A stretch of DNA of 64,000 bases, from the NCBI RefSeq assembly GCF_044647545.1, contig NZ_CP172818.1, one strand, 5' to 3'. Positions 1 through 13,057 of the stretch are shown piece after piece; the stretch's first letter is position 1, and every line of letters starts with the position of its first letter. Made by a program: the position numbers and the translations under genes. Origin of the DNA: Escherichia coli. GTDB lineage: Bacteria > Pseudomonadota > Gammaproteobacteria > Enterobacterales > Enterobacteriaceae. Below the pieces are notes generated by a model. The model ran no database searches. It saw nothing but the letters and a program-made list of their open reading frames with translations, and was not told the origin of the DNA.

Positions 1-130
1 TAATAGACGTATTAGTTCACGAAGGGCAAAGTTCTTATAGGCGTTTACTATATTGAACAACGATTCGGACAAGGATGTAAATAATGAAAAGGATGACATG
101 TTCGAAACGATAACGGCTAAGGAGCAAGTT

Positions 131-658
131 ATGATTTTTCTCATGACGAAAGATTCTTTTCTTTTACAGGGCTTTTGGCAGTTGAAAGATAATCACGAAA
201 TGATAAAAATCAATTCCCTGTCAGAGATCAAAAAAGTAGGCAATAACCCCTTCAAGGTTATCATTGATACCTATCACAATCATATCCTTGATGAAGAAGC
301 GATTAAATTTCTGGAGAAATTAGATGCCGAGAGAATTATTGTTTTGGCACCTTATCACATCAGTAAACTAAAAGCTAAAGCGCCTATTTATTTTGTCAGC
401 CGCAAAGAAAGTATCAAAAATCTTCTTGAGATTACTTATGGTAAACACTTGCCCCATAAGAATTCACAATTATGTTTTTCACATAATCAGTTCAAAATTA
501 TGCAACTGATTCTGAAAAATAAAAATGAAAGCAATATCACGTCGACGCTCAATATTTCGCAACAAACATTAAAGATTCAGAAATTCAACATTATGTACAA
601 ACTGAAACTAAGACGTATGAGCGACATCGTCACCCTGGGTATCACATCTTATTTTTAG
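131..658 (+). CDS. gadE: GadE, LuxR-family acid-resistance transcriptional activator (175 aa)
   Basis: ORF 53..658 contains the known GadE N-terminus MIFLMTKDSF starting at the ATG at 131, with GGAG 7 bp upstream; the longer ORF start is an upstream in-frame extension. Confidence 0.9.
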   Translation: MIFLMTKDSFLLQGFWQLKDNHEMIKINSLSEIKKVGNNPFKVIIDTYHNHILDEEAIKFLEKLDAERIIVLAPYHISKLKAKAPIYFVSRKESIKNLLEITYGKHLPHKNSQLCFSHNQFKIMQLILKNKNESNITSTLNISQQTLKIQKFNIMYKLKLRRMSDIVTLGITSYF

Positions 659-996
659 TCAGGACATAAGCAACTGAAATTGATGGCTGGCATGACGAGG
701 GATGCAGATGCTGATTTCATTACCCCCGGTGATTACTAAAGGAGAGGCGAAAACGACTTTATTCCCCTGGTATATGTATCCACCAGTAGAACCCTTCGTT
801 GCCCGAATGCTGGCAGGAACTGTTGGCAGAACGGCAACATTTTTTTTGTCGTTGACCTCACCATGTCGATCACTGTGCCTGTATCCCACCTTACTGGCTG
901 ACAACCCCACTATGCCGCTGGTCTGTAAATCCCTCATATCTCTCCTCGCGCGCAATTTAAAGAACCGTTATTTCTCAAGAATTTTCAGGGACTAAA

Positions 997-2154
997 ATGA
1001 ACAGAAGAAGAAAGCTGTTAATACCGTTGTTATTCTGCGGCGCGATGCTCACCGCCTGCGATGACAAATCGGCGGAAAACGCCGCAGCCATGACGCCTGA
1101 GGTCGGTGTCGTCACACTCTCCCCCGGTTCGGTCAATGTGTTGAGCGAATTGCCCGGTAGAACCGTTCCTTATGAAGTTGCCGAGATACGTCCCCAGGTG
1201 GGCGGTATTATCATTAAACGCAACTTTATCGAAGGCGATAAAGTGAACCAGGGCGATTCGCTGTATCAGATTGATCCTGCACCTTTACAGGCCGAGCTGA
1301 ACTCCGCCAAAGGCACGCTGGCGAAAGCGCTCTCTACCGCCAGCAATGCCCGCATCACCTTTAACCGCCAGGCATCGTTGCTGAAGACCAACTACGTTAG
1401 CCGTCAGGATTACGACACCGCGCGCACCCAGTTGAATGAAGCAGAAGCCAATGTCACCGTCGCCAAAGCGGCTGTTGAACAGGCGACGATCAACCTGCAA
1501 TACGCGAATGTCACCTCGCCGATTACGGGCGTCAGCGGGAAATCGTCGGTGACCGTCGGCGCACTCGTTACCGCTAATCAGGCAGATTCGCTGGTTACCG
1601 TACAACGTCTGGACCCGATTTATGTCGATCTCACACAGTCGGTGCAGGATTTCTTGCGCATGAAAGAAGAGGTCGCCAGTGGGCAAATCAAACAGGTTCA
1701 GGGCAGTACGCCAGTACAGCTCAATCTGGAAAATGGTAAACGTTACAGCCAGACCGGCACGCTGAAATTCTCCGACCCGACGGTGGATGAAACCACGGGC
1801 TCCGTGACGTTACGGGCGATTTTCCCCAACCCAAATGGTGACTTGCTGCCTGGCATGTATGTCACGGCATTAGTGGATGAAGGTAGCCGCCAGAATGTAT
1901 TACTGGTGCCGCAGGAAGGCGTCACCCACAACGCCCAGGGTAAAGCAACGGCGCTCATTCTGGATAAAGACGATGTCGTGCAGCTACGCGAAATCGAAGC
2001 CAGCAAAGCCATCGGCGACCAGTGGGTTGTCACCTCTGGCTTGCAGGCTGGCGATCGGGTGATCGTTTCCGGTTTGCAACGCATTCGTCCGGGTATCAAA
2101 GCACGAGCAATTTCCTCCAGCCAGGAAAACGCCAGCACCGAATCGAAACAATAA
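997..2154 (+). CDS. mdtE: MdtE, RND efflux membrane fusion (periplasmic adaptor) lipoprotein, 385 aa
   Basis: Lipoprotein signal (LLFCGAMLTAC) and HlyD-like adaptor sequence; sits between gadE and mdtF as in the gadE-mdtEF operon. Confidence 0.93.
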   Translation: MNRRRKLLIPLLFCGAMLTACDDKSAENAAAMTPEVGVVTLSPGSVNVLSELPGRTVPYEVAEIRPQVGGIIIKRNFIEGDKVNQGDSLYQIDPAPLQAELNSAKGTLAKALSTASNARITFNRQASLLKTNYVSRQDYDTARTQLNEAEANVTVAKAAVEQATINLQYANVTSPITGVSGKSSVTVGALVTANQADSLVTVQRLDPIYVDLTQSVQDFLRMKEEVASGQIKQVQGSTPVQLNLENGKRYSQTGTLKFSDPTVDETTGSVTLRAIFPNPNGDLLPGMYVTALVDEGSRQNVLLVPQEGVTHNAQGKATALILDKDDVVQLREIEASKAIGDQWVVTSGLQAGDRVIVSGLQRIRPGIKARAISSSQENASTESKQ

Positions 2155-2178
2155 CGTTGCAGGCTTAAGGGGACTTTC

Positions 2179-5100
2179 ATGGCTAACTATTTTATTGATC
2201 GCCCGGTTTTTGCCTGGGTACTTGCCATTATTATGATGCTTGCAGGCGGTCTGGCGATCATGAACTTACCGGTTGCGCAGTATCCGCAGATTGCGCCACC
2301 GACCATTACCGTCAGCGCTACCTATCCAGGTGCCGATGCGCAAACGGTAGAAGACTCGGTCACTCAGGTGATTGAGCAAAATATGAATGGGCTTGATGGC
2401 CTGATGTACATGTCTTCAACCAGCGATGCGGCAGGTAATGCCTCCATCACTCTGACCTTCGAGACGGGGACATCGCCTGATATCGCACAGGTTCAGGTGC
2501 AAAATAAACTGCAACTCGCTATGCCTTCATTACCTGAAGCGGTGCAGCAGCAGGGGATTAGCGTCGATAAGTCGAGCAGTAATATCCTGATGGTAGCGGC
2601 ATTTATTTCTGATAACGGCAGCCTCAACCAGTACGATATCGCGGACTATGTAGCGTCTAATATCAAAGACCCGCTAAGCCGTACCGCGGGCGTTGGTAGC
2701 GTACAGCTCTTTGGTTCCGAGTACGCCATGCGTATCTGGCTGGACCCGCAAAAACTCAATAAATATAACCTGGTACCTTCCGATGTTATTTCCCAGATTA
2801 AGGTGCAAAACAACCAGATTTCCGGTGGTCAACTGGGTGGCATGCCACAGGCGGCAGACCAGCAACTGAACGCCTCGATCATTGTGCAGACGCGTCTGCA
2901 AACGCCGGAAGAATTTGGCAAAATCCTGTTGAAAGTTCAGCAAGATGGCTCGCAAGTGCTGCTGCGTGATGTCGCCCGCGTCGAACTTGGGGCGGAAGAT
3001 TATTCCACCGTGGCGCGCTATAACGGCAAACCTGCTGCGGGGATCGCCATCAAACTGGCTGCCGGAGCAAACGCCCTGGATACCTCGCGGGCAGTCAAAG
3101 AGGAACTGAACCGTTTATCGGCTTATTTCCCTGCAAGCCTGAAGACGGTTTATCCTTACGACACCACACCGTTTATCAAAATTTCTATTCAGGAAGTTTT
3201 CAAAACGCTGGTTGAGGCTATCATCCTCGTCTTCCTGGTCATGTATCTGTTTTTGCAGAATTTCCGCGCCACAATCATCCCGACGATTGCCGTACCGGTG
3301 GTTATTCTCGGGACGTTTGCGATCTTGTCGGCGGTCGGTTTCACCATCAACACGTTAACTATGTTCGGGATGGTGCTGGCGATAGGGTTACTGGTGGATG
3401 ACGCCATCGTGGTGGTGGAGAACGTCGAGCGTGTCATTGCGGAAGATAAGCTACCGCCGAAGGAAGCGACGCATAAATCGATGGGGCAGATCCAACGTGC
3501 GCTGGTCGGGATTGCCGTTGTTCTTTCCGCAGTGTTTATGCCGATGGCCTTTATGAGCGGTGCAACCGGGGAGATCTACCGCCAGTTCTCCATCACGCTG
3601 ATCTCCTCCATGCTGCTTTCAGTATTTGTGGCAATGAGCCTGACCCCTGCCCTGTGCGCCACCATTCTGAAAGCCGCGCCGGAAGGCGGTCACAAACCTA
3701 ACGCCCTGTTCGCACGCTTCAACACGCTGTTTGAAAAATCAACTCAGCACTATACCGATAGCACCCGCTCGCTGTTGCGTTGTACCGGTCGCTACATGGT
3801 GGTCTACCTGCTGATTTGCGCCGGGATGGCGGTGCTGTTCCTGCGTACGCCGACCTCTTTCTTACCAGAAGAGGATCAGGGGGTATTTATGACCACCGCG
3901 CAGTTACCTTCCGGTGCCACCATGGTTAACACCACGAAAGTGCTGCAACAGGTGACGGATTATTATCTGACTAAAGAGAAAGATAATGTTCAGTCGGTGT
4001 TTACCGTTGGCGGCTTTGGCTTCAGCGGCCAGGGGCAAAACAACGGCCTGGCGTTTATCAGTCTCAAGCCGTGGTCTGAACGTGTCGGTGAGGAAAACTC
4101 GGTTACCGCGATCATTCAGCGGGCAATGATTGCGTTAAGCAGTATCAATAAAGCCGTCGTCTTCCCGTTCAACTTACCCGCGGTGGCTGAACTGGGTACC
4201 GCGTCAGGTTTTGATATGGAACTGCTGGACAACGGCAATCTGGGGCACGAAAAACTGACCCAGGCGCGAAACGAGCTGTTATCACTGGCAGCGCAATCAC
4301 CGAATCAGGTCATCGGGGTACGCCCGAACGGCCTGGAAGATACGCCGATGTTCAAAGTGAACGTCAACGCTGCGAAAGCCGAGGCTATGGGGGTGGCGCT
4401 GTCTGATATCAACCAGACAATTTCCACCGCCTTCGGCAGCAGCTACGTGAACGACTTCCTCAACCAGGGGCGGGTGAAAAAAGTGTATGTCCAGGCAGGC
4501 ACGCCGTTCCGTATGTTGCCGGATAACATCAACCAATGGTATGTACGCAACGCCTCTGGCACGATGGCACCGCTTTCTGCCTATTCGTCTACCGAATGGA
4601 CCTATGGTTCACCGCGACTGGAACGCTACAACGGCATCCCGTCAATGGAGATTTTAGGTGAAGCGGCGGCCGGGAAAAGTACCGGTGACGCCATGAAATT
4701 TATGGCAGACCTGGTCGCTAAACTTCCGGCAGGCGTCGGCTACTCATGGACCGGACTGTCGTATCAGGAAGCGTTATCCTCAAATCAGGCTCCCGCGCTG
4801 TATGCCATTTCACTGGTCGTGGTGTTCCTCGCCCTCGCCGCACTTTATGAGAGCTGGTCAATTCCGTTCTCGGTGATGTTGGTTGTACCGTTAGGCGTCG
4901 TTGGCGCATTAATGGCCACCGATCTACGCGGCTTAAGTAATGACGTCTACTTCCAGGTTGGTTTGCTGACCACCATCGGGCTTTCCGCCAAAAACGCCAT
5001 CCTGATTGTCGAATTTGCCGTTGAGATGATGCAGAAAGAAGGGAAAACGCCGATAGAGGCAATCATCGAAGCGGCGCGGATGCGTTTACGCCCAATCCTG

Positions 5101-5292
5101 ATGACCTCTCTGGCCTTTATTCTCGGCGTGCTGCCGCTGGTTATCAGTCATGGTGCCGGTTCTGGCGCGCAAAACGCGGTAGGTACCGGCGTGATGGGCG
5201 GGATGTTTGCCGCAACAGTGCTGGCAATTTACTTCGTTCCGGTCTTTTTCGTTGTAGTGGAACATCTCTTTGCCCGCTTTAAAAAAGCGTAA
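2179..5292 (+). CDS. mdtF: MdtF, RND inner-membrane multidrug efflux pump (AcrB family), 1037 aa
   Basis: 1037-aa ORF with the AcrB-like N-terminus [24 protein letters not shown] and 12-TM RND architecture; 24 bp after mdtE. Confidence 0.95.
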   Translation: MANYFIDRPVFAWVLAIIMMLAGGLAIMNLPVAQYPQIAPPTITVSATYPGADAQTVEDSVTQVIEQNMNGLDGLMYMSSTSDAAGNASITLTFETGTSPDIAQVQVQNKLQLAMPSLPEAVQQQGISVDKSSSNILMVAAFISDNGSLNQYDIADYVASNIKDPLSRTAGVGSVQLFGSEYAMRIWLDPQKLNKYNLVPSDVISQIKVQNNQISGGQLGGMPQAADQQLNASIIVQTRLQTPEEFGKILLKVQQDGSQVLLRDVARVELGAEDYSTVARYNGKPAAGIAIKLAAGANALDTSRAVKEELNRLSAYFPASLKTVYPYDTTPFIKISIQEVFKTLVEAIILVFLVMYLFLQNFRATIIPTIAVPVVILGTFAILSAVGFTINTLTMFGMVLAIGLLVDDAIVVVENVERVIAEDKLPPKEATHKSMGQIQRALVGIAVVLSAVFMPMAFMSGATGEIYRQFSITLISSMLLSVFVAMSLTPALCATILKAAPEGGHKPNALFARFNTLFEKSTQHYTDSTRSLLRCTGRYMVVYLLICAGMAVLFLRTPTSFLPEEDQGVFMTTAQLPSGATMVNTTKVLQQVTDYYLTKEKDNVQSVFTVGGFGFSGQGQNNGLAFISLKPWSERVGEENSVTAIIQRAMIALSSINKAVVFPFNLPAVAELGTASGFDMELLDNGNLGHEKLTQARNELLSLAAQSPNQVIGVRPNGLEDTPMFKVNVNAAKAEAMGVALSDINQTISTAFGSSYVNDFLNQGRVKKVYVQAGTPFRMLPDNINQWYVRNASGTMAPLSAYSSTEWTYGSPRLERYNGIPSMEILGEAAAGKSTGDAMKFMADLVAKLPAGVGYSWTGLSYQEALSSNQAPALYAISLVVVFLALAALYESWSIPFSVMLVVPLGVVGALMATDLRGLSNDVYFQVGLLTTIGLSAKNAILIVEFAVEMMQKEGKTPIEAIIEAARMRLRPILMTSLAFILGVLPLVISHGAGSGAQNAVGTGVMGGMFAATVLAIYFVPVFFVVVEHLFARFKKA

Positions 5293-5303
5293 CGTGTAAA
5301 TGA

Positions 5304-5337
5304 GAGTAAGGTTGAACGTGAGGGTTCAGCCTTACTC
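5304..5337. terminator. Bidirectional stem-loop between convergent mdtF and gadW
   Basis: Inverted repeat gagtaaggttgaac-gtgagg-gttcagccttactc (14-bp stem, one G-U) followed by T-rich sequence, 12 bp after the mdtF stop. Confidence 0.6.
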
Positions 5338-5654
5338 TTTCCTGCTAACCATTCACCACTCAACAACCAGCTAACCGTCAGGAATACCAGGCTTAGTACA
5401 CAGCACTGAAAGTAGAAACCACTCCAGCCATTCGTCATCAATTTAAACAACACAATACTGACCCACATTCCCGTAATCGTATGAATTGTCAGCTTAATAA
5501 TCCCAAACATGCCGAGTCTTTTCCTCCTGAAAATACCTATACCGCCTGGCAAACTGCGAAAGAGAACTAGCCGGTAGCCCGGCAGAAATCATCAGGGAAG
5601 AGTTTCACATGAAGCAGGTGTGAGATCCTGACCAATATTCAAATGCAAAATATG

Positions 5655-6383
5655 TCAGGAAAAGGTACCTGGCGAATGTTGCGCAAACTGATGTGGCGTT
5701 ACACCATAATATTGTCGAAATGTGTTTATAAAGTACGACGTACTGCTATAGCCACATTTTTCCGCAATAGTATGCAGAGGAATTTGACGTAACTCGAGTA
5801 ATCGTCTGGCCATCGACATCCTGGAGGCGAGTAATATTTTACTGAAACAGGTATTTTCATCCTGCAACTTTTTTTTGATGAGACTCTCGCTGGTATACAT
5901 TCTTTCCGCAATATCGCGCAGATACCAACGTTTGGCGATATCAAAGCTAATAAGGCGTTCAACTTTTCCTGAAACAGTACTGATACTATTGAAAAGTAAG
6001 GGGATCAGTTCTTTCTTATGAGAAAACATCGATAAACAGGAAAGATAGAGCATTTTGCTCAATATCGGCGAATTTACCCCGGAGTCATTGAAACTATCAA
6101 AAATCGCCGTCACCAGCGGCATGGGGGGTGACTGGTTAATTAACAGACGGTCTTTGCTATGTAACCCTAAATTGCGTGGTATCTGACGAATATTTTGTAA
6201 GTAATGGCAAACTGTCAGCTCATCGATATCCAGTCGTCGTGTATCCGGTGAACAAAACGCAAAATCGTCTGCCAAATTTTTATCCAGTAACAGGATACTC
6301 TCGTTATGCAACGATATTTTTTGCTGTTCATGATGAATATCGAATGAACGACGAACGAGGATCACCGAGCAGACATGAGTCAT
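5655..6383 (-). CDS. gadW: GadW, AraC-family regulator of the gad system (242 aa)
   Basis: 242-aa ORF with C-terminal AraC-type HTH; located downstream of gadX on the minus strand. Confidence 0.92.
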   Translation of the reverse strand: MTHVCSVILVRRSFDIHHEQQKISLHNESILLLDKNLADDFAFCSPDTRRLDIDELTVCHYLQNIRQIPRNLGLHSKDRLLINQSPPMPLVTAIFDSFNDSGVNSPILSKMLYLSCLSMFSHKKELIPLLFNSISTVSGKVERLISFDIAKRWYLRDIAERMYTSESLIKKKLQDENTCFSKILLASRMSMARRLLELRQIPLHTIAEKCGYSSTSYFINTFRQYYGVTPHQFAQHSPGTFS

Positions 6384-6629
6384 GACTATCCCTTATATTT
6401 CATTGCTGCGATTATTTCAATTTCAGTATACTAATGAAATGATGCCTGACTGTTTCTTAGCGCAAAAACTGCCAGATTTGGTAGGACCAAAATTTATCCA
6501 CAAAGTAGTTTTGCATAACAGTTAATTGATAATAAGTAAATGCAACACGAATATATTTTCGCACAGCGTATAGCTTATGTTTATAAAAAAATGGCTGATC
6601 TTATTTCCAGTAAAAGTTATATTTAACTT

Positions 6630-6735
6630 ACTGAGAGCACAAAGTTTCCCGTGCCAACAGGGAGTGTTATAACGGTTTATTAGTCTGGAGACGGCAGACT
6701 ATCCTCTTCCCGGTCCCCTATGCCGGGTTTTTTTT
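6630..6735 (+). ncRNA. gadY: GadY small RNA, antisense to the gadX 3' UTR
   Basis: Plus-strand sequence actgagagcacaaagtttcccgtgccaacagggagtg... ending in hairpin cccggtcccctatgccggg plus T9, in the gadX-gadW intergenic region opposite to gadX. Matches my recollection of GadY; the 5' end is approximate. Confidence 0.7.
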
Positions 6736-6751
6736 ATGTCTGAGTAAAACT

Positions 6752-7576
6752 CTATAATCTTATTCCTTCCGCAGAACGGTCAGTGCCGTAAAAATTCCCT
6801 TGCGCAGCCATACTTGCCGCCGGGCCACAGTTCGGTAATTCCTGCGCCGATCGCTCCTGATACTCTGTGGGCGTCATCCCATAATAATTTCGAAAAACGT
6901 AAATGAAATACGACACGCTGTGATATCCACAGGATACTGCAACTCGCTTAATTGAAACCCCATATATAACAATAAGTTGTAAAGCACGCTGCATCCTACA
7001 CTCAGTAAGCAACTGTGAATATGACGTACCTTCTTCGCGCAATTTTTTCTTTAACAGGCTTGGACTCATCAACAATTCGCTAGCGATTCGGGCTAATGTC
7101 CACTCATGGGCGATATTATTATTGATGACCGTACAAACTCGTGTTCGCATATTCGGTTGCAACACGTTCAGAAGTAACGGTATAAACTGCGTATCCTCAA
7201 GAAAAACAGATAACAACGCAAAGATTAATGCCCTTTTACGTAGCATTTCTGCATAGCGAAGATTCTTATTCTGCGACAGTTGCGCAACTTCCTGAAAAAC
7301 AGGAATATCTCTGGTACAGTGATGAACGAGTAATGAAGGAACTTTTTTATGTGCATGAAGTTTTAATGCCTCCTCCTTGAGCATCGGGAGAAATAATGAA
7401 AGCGTGTCTCTTGAAACTAATACGAAATTCTCAACACACTTATCCACTTGAATTTGGCTTGCATCCGCAAAAACCAGATCACCGCCATTAAAATAGCGAT
7501 ATTCACCATTAACCATGGTGAGAATATATTTATGTCTTGCGTACGCAATTAGACAATTACCATGTAGTGGTTGCAT
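6752..7576 (-). CDS. gadX: GadX, AraC-family activator of gadA/gadBC (274 aa)
   Basis: 274-aa ORF with AraC-type HTH C-terminus; immediately downstream of gadA on the minus strand. Confidence 0.93.
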   Translation of the reverse strand: MQPLHGNCLIAYARHKYILTMVNGEYRYFNGGDLVFADASQIQVDKCVENFVLVSRDTLSLFLPMLKEEALKLHAHKKVPSLLVHHCTRDIPVFQEVAQLSQNKNLRYAEMLRKRALIFALLSVFLEDTQFIPLLLNVLQPNMRTRVCTVINNNIAHEWTLARIASELLMSPSLLKKKLREEGTSYSQLLTECRMQRALQLIVIYGVSIKRVAVSCGYHSVSYFIYVFRNYYGMTPTEYQERSAQELPNCGPAASMAAQGNFYGTDRSAEGIRL

Positions 7577-7944
7577 AGTTGACTTAATATTACATAAACA
7601 TATTACTGTTTATTAATGTAGCACGCCGCCCTCTTAAGTCAAATTGATTGATAAATAAATTTAAACGAAGCGGGAGAACAGGATGATAATGTGTGATGTT
7701 CTACGGGCAGGATGACTGGATTTATAATACAAAAACGTGTTTAAGAACGCAGGGAAATTAATAGTAAGCAAATAATCCCTTTTCGTTACATTAAATATAA
7801 TCGCTACATTTAATAAACATTCATATAACATATATCTTATCAACACGATGAATAGACAGCCAATATATTATTGCGATTAATAAGCAACCGAATGCCCAGC
7901 TGTTTTTTAAAGGTTGGGCATTCGGTTTTTACAACGTTATGTTA

Positions 7945-9345
7945 TCAGGTATGTTTAAAGCTGTTCTGCTGGGCAATACCCTGCAGTTTCGGGTGGTCGC
8001 TGAGATATTTCAGGGAGGCTTTGTAGTCTTCCAGCAACAGTTCAGCAAAGTCCATTTCGAAGCCGCGACGACACATAATGCGCATCACCACGATGTCAGT
8101 GGCTTCACCGCCGAGAGTGAAGGCCGGAACCTGCCAGCCGCGCAGACGCAGACGTTCAGAGAGGTCGTAGAGGGTGTATCCTGGATCTTCACCATCTTTC
8201 AGTTTGAAGCAAACCGCCGGGATGCCTTCGTCCGGGCGACCGGTACAGATGAACTCATACGGCCCCAGTTTGGCGATTTCATCCGCCAGATAAGCGGCAA
8301 CCTGGTAGGAAGCGTTCTGTACTTTGGTATAGCCTTCACGACCGAGGCGCAGGAATTCATAGTACTGTGCAATCACCTGACCCGCCGGGCGGGAGAAGTT
8401 GATGGCGAAAGTACCAATCTGACCGCCGAGGTAGTCAACGTTGAACACCAGTTCCTGCGGCAGCGCTTCTTCATCACGCCAGATAACCCAGCCGCAGCCC
8501 AGCGGAGCCAGACCGAATTTATGGCCTGAAGCACTGATCGATTTCACACGCGGCAGGCGGAAGTCCCAGACGATATCCGGGGCGACGAACGGTGCCAGGA
8601 AGCCACCGCTGGCGGCGTCGATGTGCATGTCGATGTCGATACCGGTGTCGGCCTGGAATTTATCCAGCGCATCGTGCAGCGGCTGCGGGAACTCATAGTT
8701 ACCGGTGTAGGTCACGCCGAAAGTCGGCACCACGCCGATGGTATTTTCGTCGCAGGCTTCAATCATGCGTTTCGGGTCCATAAACAACTGACCGGGGCGC
8801 ATAGGGATCTCACGCAACTCCACATCCCAGTAGCGGGCGAATTTATGCCAGCAGATTTGTACCGGACCGCACACCAGGTTTGGTTTATCCGTTGGTTTGC
8901 CTGCGGCTTCCATACGCTTGCGCCAACGCCATTTCATCGCCATCCCGCCGAGCATACAGGCCTCGGAAGAACCAATGGTGTTGGTGCCAACGGCCTGACC
9001 ATTTTTCGGTGCAGGCGCATGCCACAGATCGGCAACCATGTTTACGCAACGCAGGTCGATTGCAGCGGATTGCGGATATTCTTCTTTGTCGATCCAGTTT
9101 TTATTGATCGACAAATCCATCAATTTATGGACGTTTTCGTCGTCCCAGGTCTGGCAGAAAGTGGCCAGGTTCTGACGAGCGTTGCCATCAAGATATAATT
9201 CATCATTGATAATCTGAAATGCAACATCATCGCGCATTTCGTGCAGCGGAAATCGTTTTGACTCCGCGATAGTAGAAATGGCCTTTGCACCAAAACGTGA
9301 ATCGAGTAGTTCTGAGCGGAAATCCGTTAACAGCTTCTGGTCCAT
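7945..9345 (-). CDS. gadA: Glutamate decarboxylase alpha, PLP-dependent (466 aa)
   Basis: ORF 7945..9408 contains the canonical Gad N-terminus [21 protein letters not shown] from the ATG at 9343-9345 and a C-terminus ending ...SFKHT. Called gadA rather than gadB because of the adjacent gadX. Confidence 0.93.
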   Translation of the reverse strand: MDQKLLTDFRSELLDSRFGAKAISTIAESKRFPLHEMRDDVAFQIINDELYLDGNARQNLATFCQTWDDENVHKLMDLSINKNWIDKEEYPQSAAIDLRCVNMVADLWHAPAPKNGQAVGTNTIGSSEACMLGGMAMKWRWRKRMEAAGKPTDKPNLVCGPVQICWHKFARYWDVELREIPMRPGQLFMDPKRMIEACDENTIGVVPTFGVTYTGNYEFPQPLHDALDKFQADTGIDIDMHIDAASGGFLAPFVAPDIVWDFRLPRVKSISASGHKFGLAPLGCGWVIWRDEEALPQELVFNVDYLGGQIGTFAINFSRPAGQVIAQYYEFLRLGREGYTKVQNASYQVAAYLADEIAKLGPYEFICTGRPDEGIPAVCFKLKDGEDPGYTLYDLSERLRLRGWQVPAFTLGGEATDIVVMRIMCRRGFEMDFAELLLEDYKASLKYLSDHPKLQGIAQQNSFKHT

Positions 9346-9424
9346 TTCGAACTCCTTAAATTTATTTGAAGGCAATAAAAAAGTAGGATTTATCCGCAAT
9401 GGAAGCAAGGCATTACAGGCTTAA

Positions 9425-9444
9425 TTTAAATAACAAAATCCTAA
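9425..9444 (-). promoter_or_regulatory. GAD box (GadE/RcsB binding site) upstream of gadA
   Basis: Minus-strand sequence TTAGGATTTTGTTATTTAAA, about 80-100 bp upstream of the gadA ATG; matches the 20-bp GAD box consensus as I recall it. Confidence 0.7.
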
Positions 9445-9555
9445 GCAGAAAAACGACCTTTTATAATATAAACATTTAATATGATAATATTAAAAACAGA
9501 CTTTATTATCGTAATAAAAATCGCCCAAACACTCCTGTTCGGGCGATCAAATTAA

Positions 9556-10953
9556 TTATTGTTTATCCTGCATATACGGCGTGTAAACCCCGTTCAGACT
9601 GTGCAGGAAAGCTACGATATCATCCACATCCTCCTGCGGCAGCTCTTTGCCTACCTGATAGCGCAGCATCAGTTTCACCGCCCCGTCCAGCGTCGGCACG
9701 TCACCGCGATGGAAGTACGGTGCCGTTAAAGCAACGTTACGTAAACCGGGTACTTTCTGACGCAATTTATCACGCTCTTCTTTAGTAACATTCATACGAC
9801 CAATATCCGCCGCCGTAATTTCACCAAAGTTAAAGTCTTTTTTCAGCCCCAACGGTTCAAAGGAACGTCCGCCGAGAATAATACCACCATGACAAGTTGC
9901 ACATTTATTATCTTTAAATAATTGATAGCCTTTTTTCTGTTGCGCCGTCAGAGCATTCTCATCTCCACGCAACCATTTATCAAATGGGGAATCCGGCGTA
10001 ATTAATGTTTTCTCAAATTCAGCAATGGCATCAGTAATATTTTCGCCACTGAAACCTTGCGGATAGACTTCGAGGAACTGCGCTTTAAGCTGCGGATCTT
10101 TTTCCAGCTTAGCAATAATTTCGTCCCAGGATTTCGACGCCATTTCAATCGGGTTCAACGGCGGTCCACCAGCCTGATCCTGCAATGTTGCCGCACGACC
10201 ATCCCAGAACTGCTCAACGTTAAATACTGAGTTAAATACCGTCGGCGCGTTAATCGGCCCCACTGCGCCACCAACACCAATCGATGTTTTTCTGCCATCG
10301 ACGCCCCCCGCATTCAACGCATGGCAATGAGCGCATGAAATGGTGCTATCAGCCGATAAACGGGGATCGTGATACAGCGCAAAACCCAACGCCACTTTTT
10401 GCGCATCGGTAGGCAGTTTTTGCGGGATGGGCTGCACCGGTTCATTGCGATGCTCCGGAGCAGTATCATTGCTGGCGTAATATTCCGCGCGCTGTTTTGC
10501 AATCCAGGCCAGTATTTCCGCCCGCTCTTCATCACTCACCTTACCCGCCCAGTGTAGCGCGGTATAACGCGTTGGCGGCATAGTTTCATACTGCATCACC
10601 CATTCAATCTTATTCAGATCGCTTTGCGAAACGGGTTTATTAGCCAGCAGAGCCGCACGCACGGCCTCGAGGTTAAAAGATTTATATCCAAGCTTTATGT
10701 CGTAATCCATCAACTGTTTCGCGCCGGGAATATAATAATAGGCGGGTAATTCTGCCGAAGGTGTATGGCAATAGTCGCATCCTTTTTCACGGAGAAAGCC
10801 TAAAACCTTATTATTTTCACTGACAGCAGATGCCTGAACATCGGCCTGTTTACTGCGTTTATTATCGTGGTACCACACATAACCAGATAACCCTAAATAG
10901 CAAATCGCGACGCCAGCCAGGCCGATCGCGGTAATACGTGAGACCATTTTCAT
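9556..10953 (-). CDS. yhjA: Di-haem cytochrome c peroxidase YhjA/Ccp (465 aa)
   Basis: N-terminal membrane anchor and CxxCH haem-binding motifs (CDYCH, CAHCH, CATCH) are visible in the translation. Confidence 0.9.
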   Translation of the reverse strand: MKMVSRITAIGLAGVAICYLGLSGYVWYHDNKRSKQADVQASAVSENNKVLGFLREKGCDYCHTPSAELPAYYYIPGAKQLMDYDIKLGYKSFNLEAVRAALLANKPVSQSDLNKIEWVMQYETMPPTRYTALHWAGKVSDEERAEILAWIAKQRAEYYASNDTAPEHRNEPVQPIPQKLPTDAQKVALGFALYHDPRLSADSTISCAHCHALNAGGVDGRKTSIGVGGAVGPINAPTVFNSVFNVEQFWDGRAATLQDQAGGPPLNPIEMASKSWDEIIAKLEKDPQLKAQFLEVYPQGFSGENITDAIAEFEKTLITPDSPFDKWLRGDENALTAQQKKGYQLFKDNKCATCHGGIILGGRSFEPLGLKKDFNFGEITAADIGRMNVTKEERDKLRQKVPGLRNVALTAPYFHRGDVPTLDGAVKLMLRYQVGKELPQEDVDDIVAFLHSLNGVYTPYMQDKQ

Positions 10954-11327
10954 TATTCTTCCCTCACGGTGGTGAGTTATTGTGACCCAGAAAATTTTCC
11001 AGAATGCTGCAAACGTCTCTGCGAGACAAAGCCATCATAAAAAACAGGGAGATATGCTTTTTGATAGGAATCAATCAATTACATGAATATAAACTATCAA
11101 TAAGATAGCCAGTGCCTATTACCCAGATCAGGAATGGCATATCATGATTGCGGCGAGAGCAGGATTGAATGTTCTGAAAATGAAAAACAACACGAAATCC
11201 GTATTTTTATAAATTCCATTGATATTAGTGCGTTATATTTTTTGGCAGGTTAATAAACGTGATCCACCGCACGCTTTGTCGCCCACCAGGCGGAGCGAAT
11301 GACTACCCTTAAAGAAAAGCCCGATAA

Positions 11328-13007
<1,680 letters not shown>

Positions 13008-13057
13008 TATTTTTACAGCCAGCCGCTAACTTCCTGCTGGCTGTAAAATTATCCTCT

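Noticed and set aside
53-130. N-terminal extension of the gadE ORF (MNNDSDKDVNNEKDDMFETITAKEQV)
   Set aside because: The known GadE N-terminus begins at the ATG at 131, which has GGAG upstream; the longer ORF is an in-frame upstream extension. Similar extensions or non-ATG starts were trimmed for gadA, yhjC, yhjG, pdeH, kdgK, bcsZ, bcsB, bcsA, bcsR, yhjV, eptB, yhjX, yhjY, tag, ghrB and yiaF.
659-995. Two overlapping ORFs (98 aa minus strand, 97 aa plus strand) in the gadE-mdtE intergenic region
   Set aside because: They overlap each other on opposite strands in a region expected to hold the gadE 3' UTR and mdtE control elements, have no convincing RBS and no recognisable protein features. 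Most likely non-coding, though a 3'-UTR-derived sRNA here is plausible.
5229-5552. 107-aa hydrophobic ORF on the minus strand spanning the mdtF 3' end and the mdtF-gadW spacer
   Set aside because: It runs through the strong convergent terminator hairpin (5304-5337) and overlaps the mdtF coding end; it looks like a chance ORF in AT-rich intergenic DNA.
7881-7926. Inverted repeat aaccgaatgccca ... tgggcattcggtt plus T-run just downstream of the gadA stop
   Set aside because: The T-run is on the plus strand, the wrong orientation for a gadA terminator, and the loop is about 16 nt. It could be a plus-strand terminator of an unannotated antisense transcript or part of the gadX promoter region, but I cannot support a specific call.
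7939-8529. Antisense ORFs of 196, 85, 63, 191 and 75 aa opposite gadA (7939..9198)
   Set aside because: They lie entirely inside the well-supported gadA CDS on the opposite strand; typical spurious antisense frames in a highly expressed gene.
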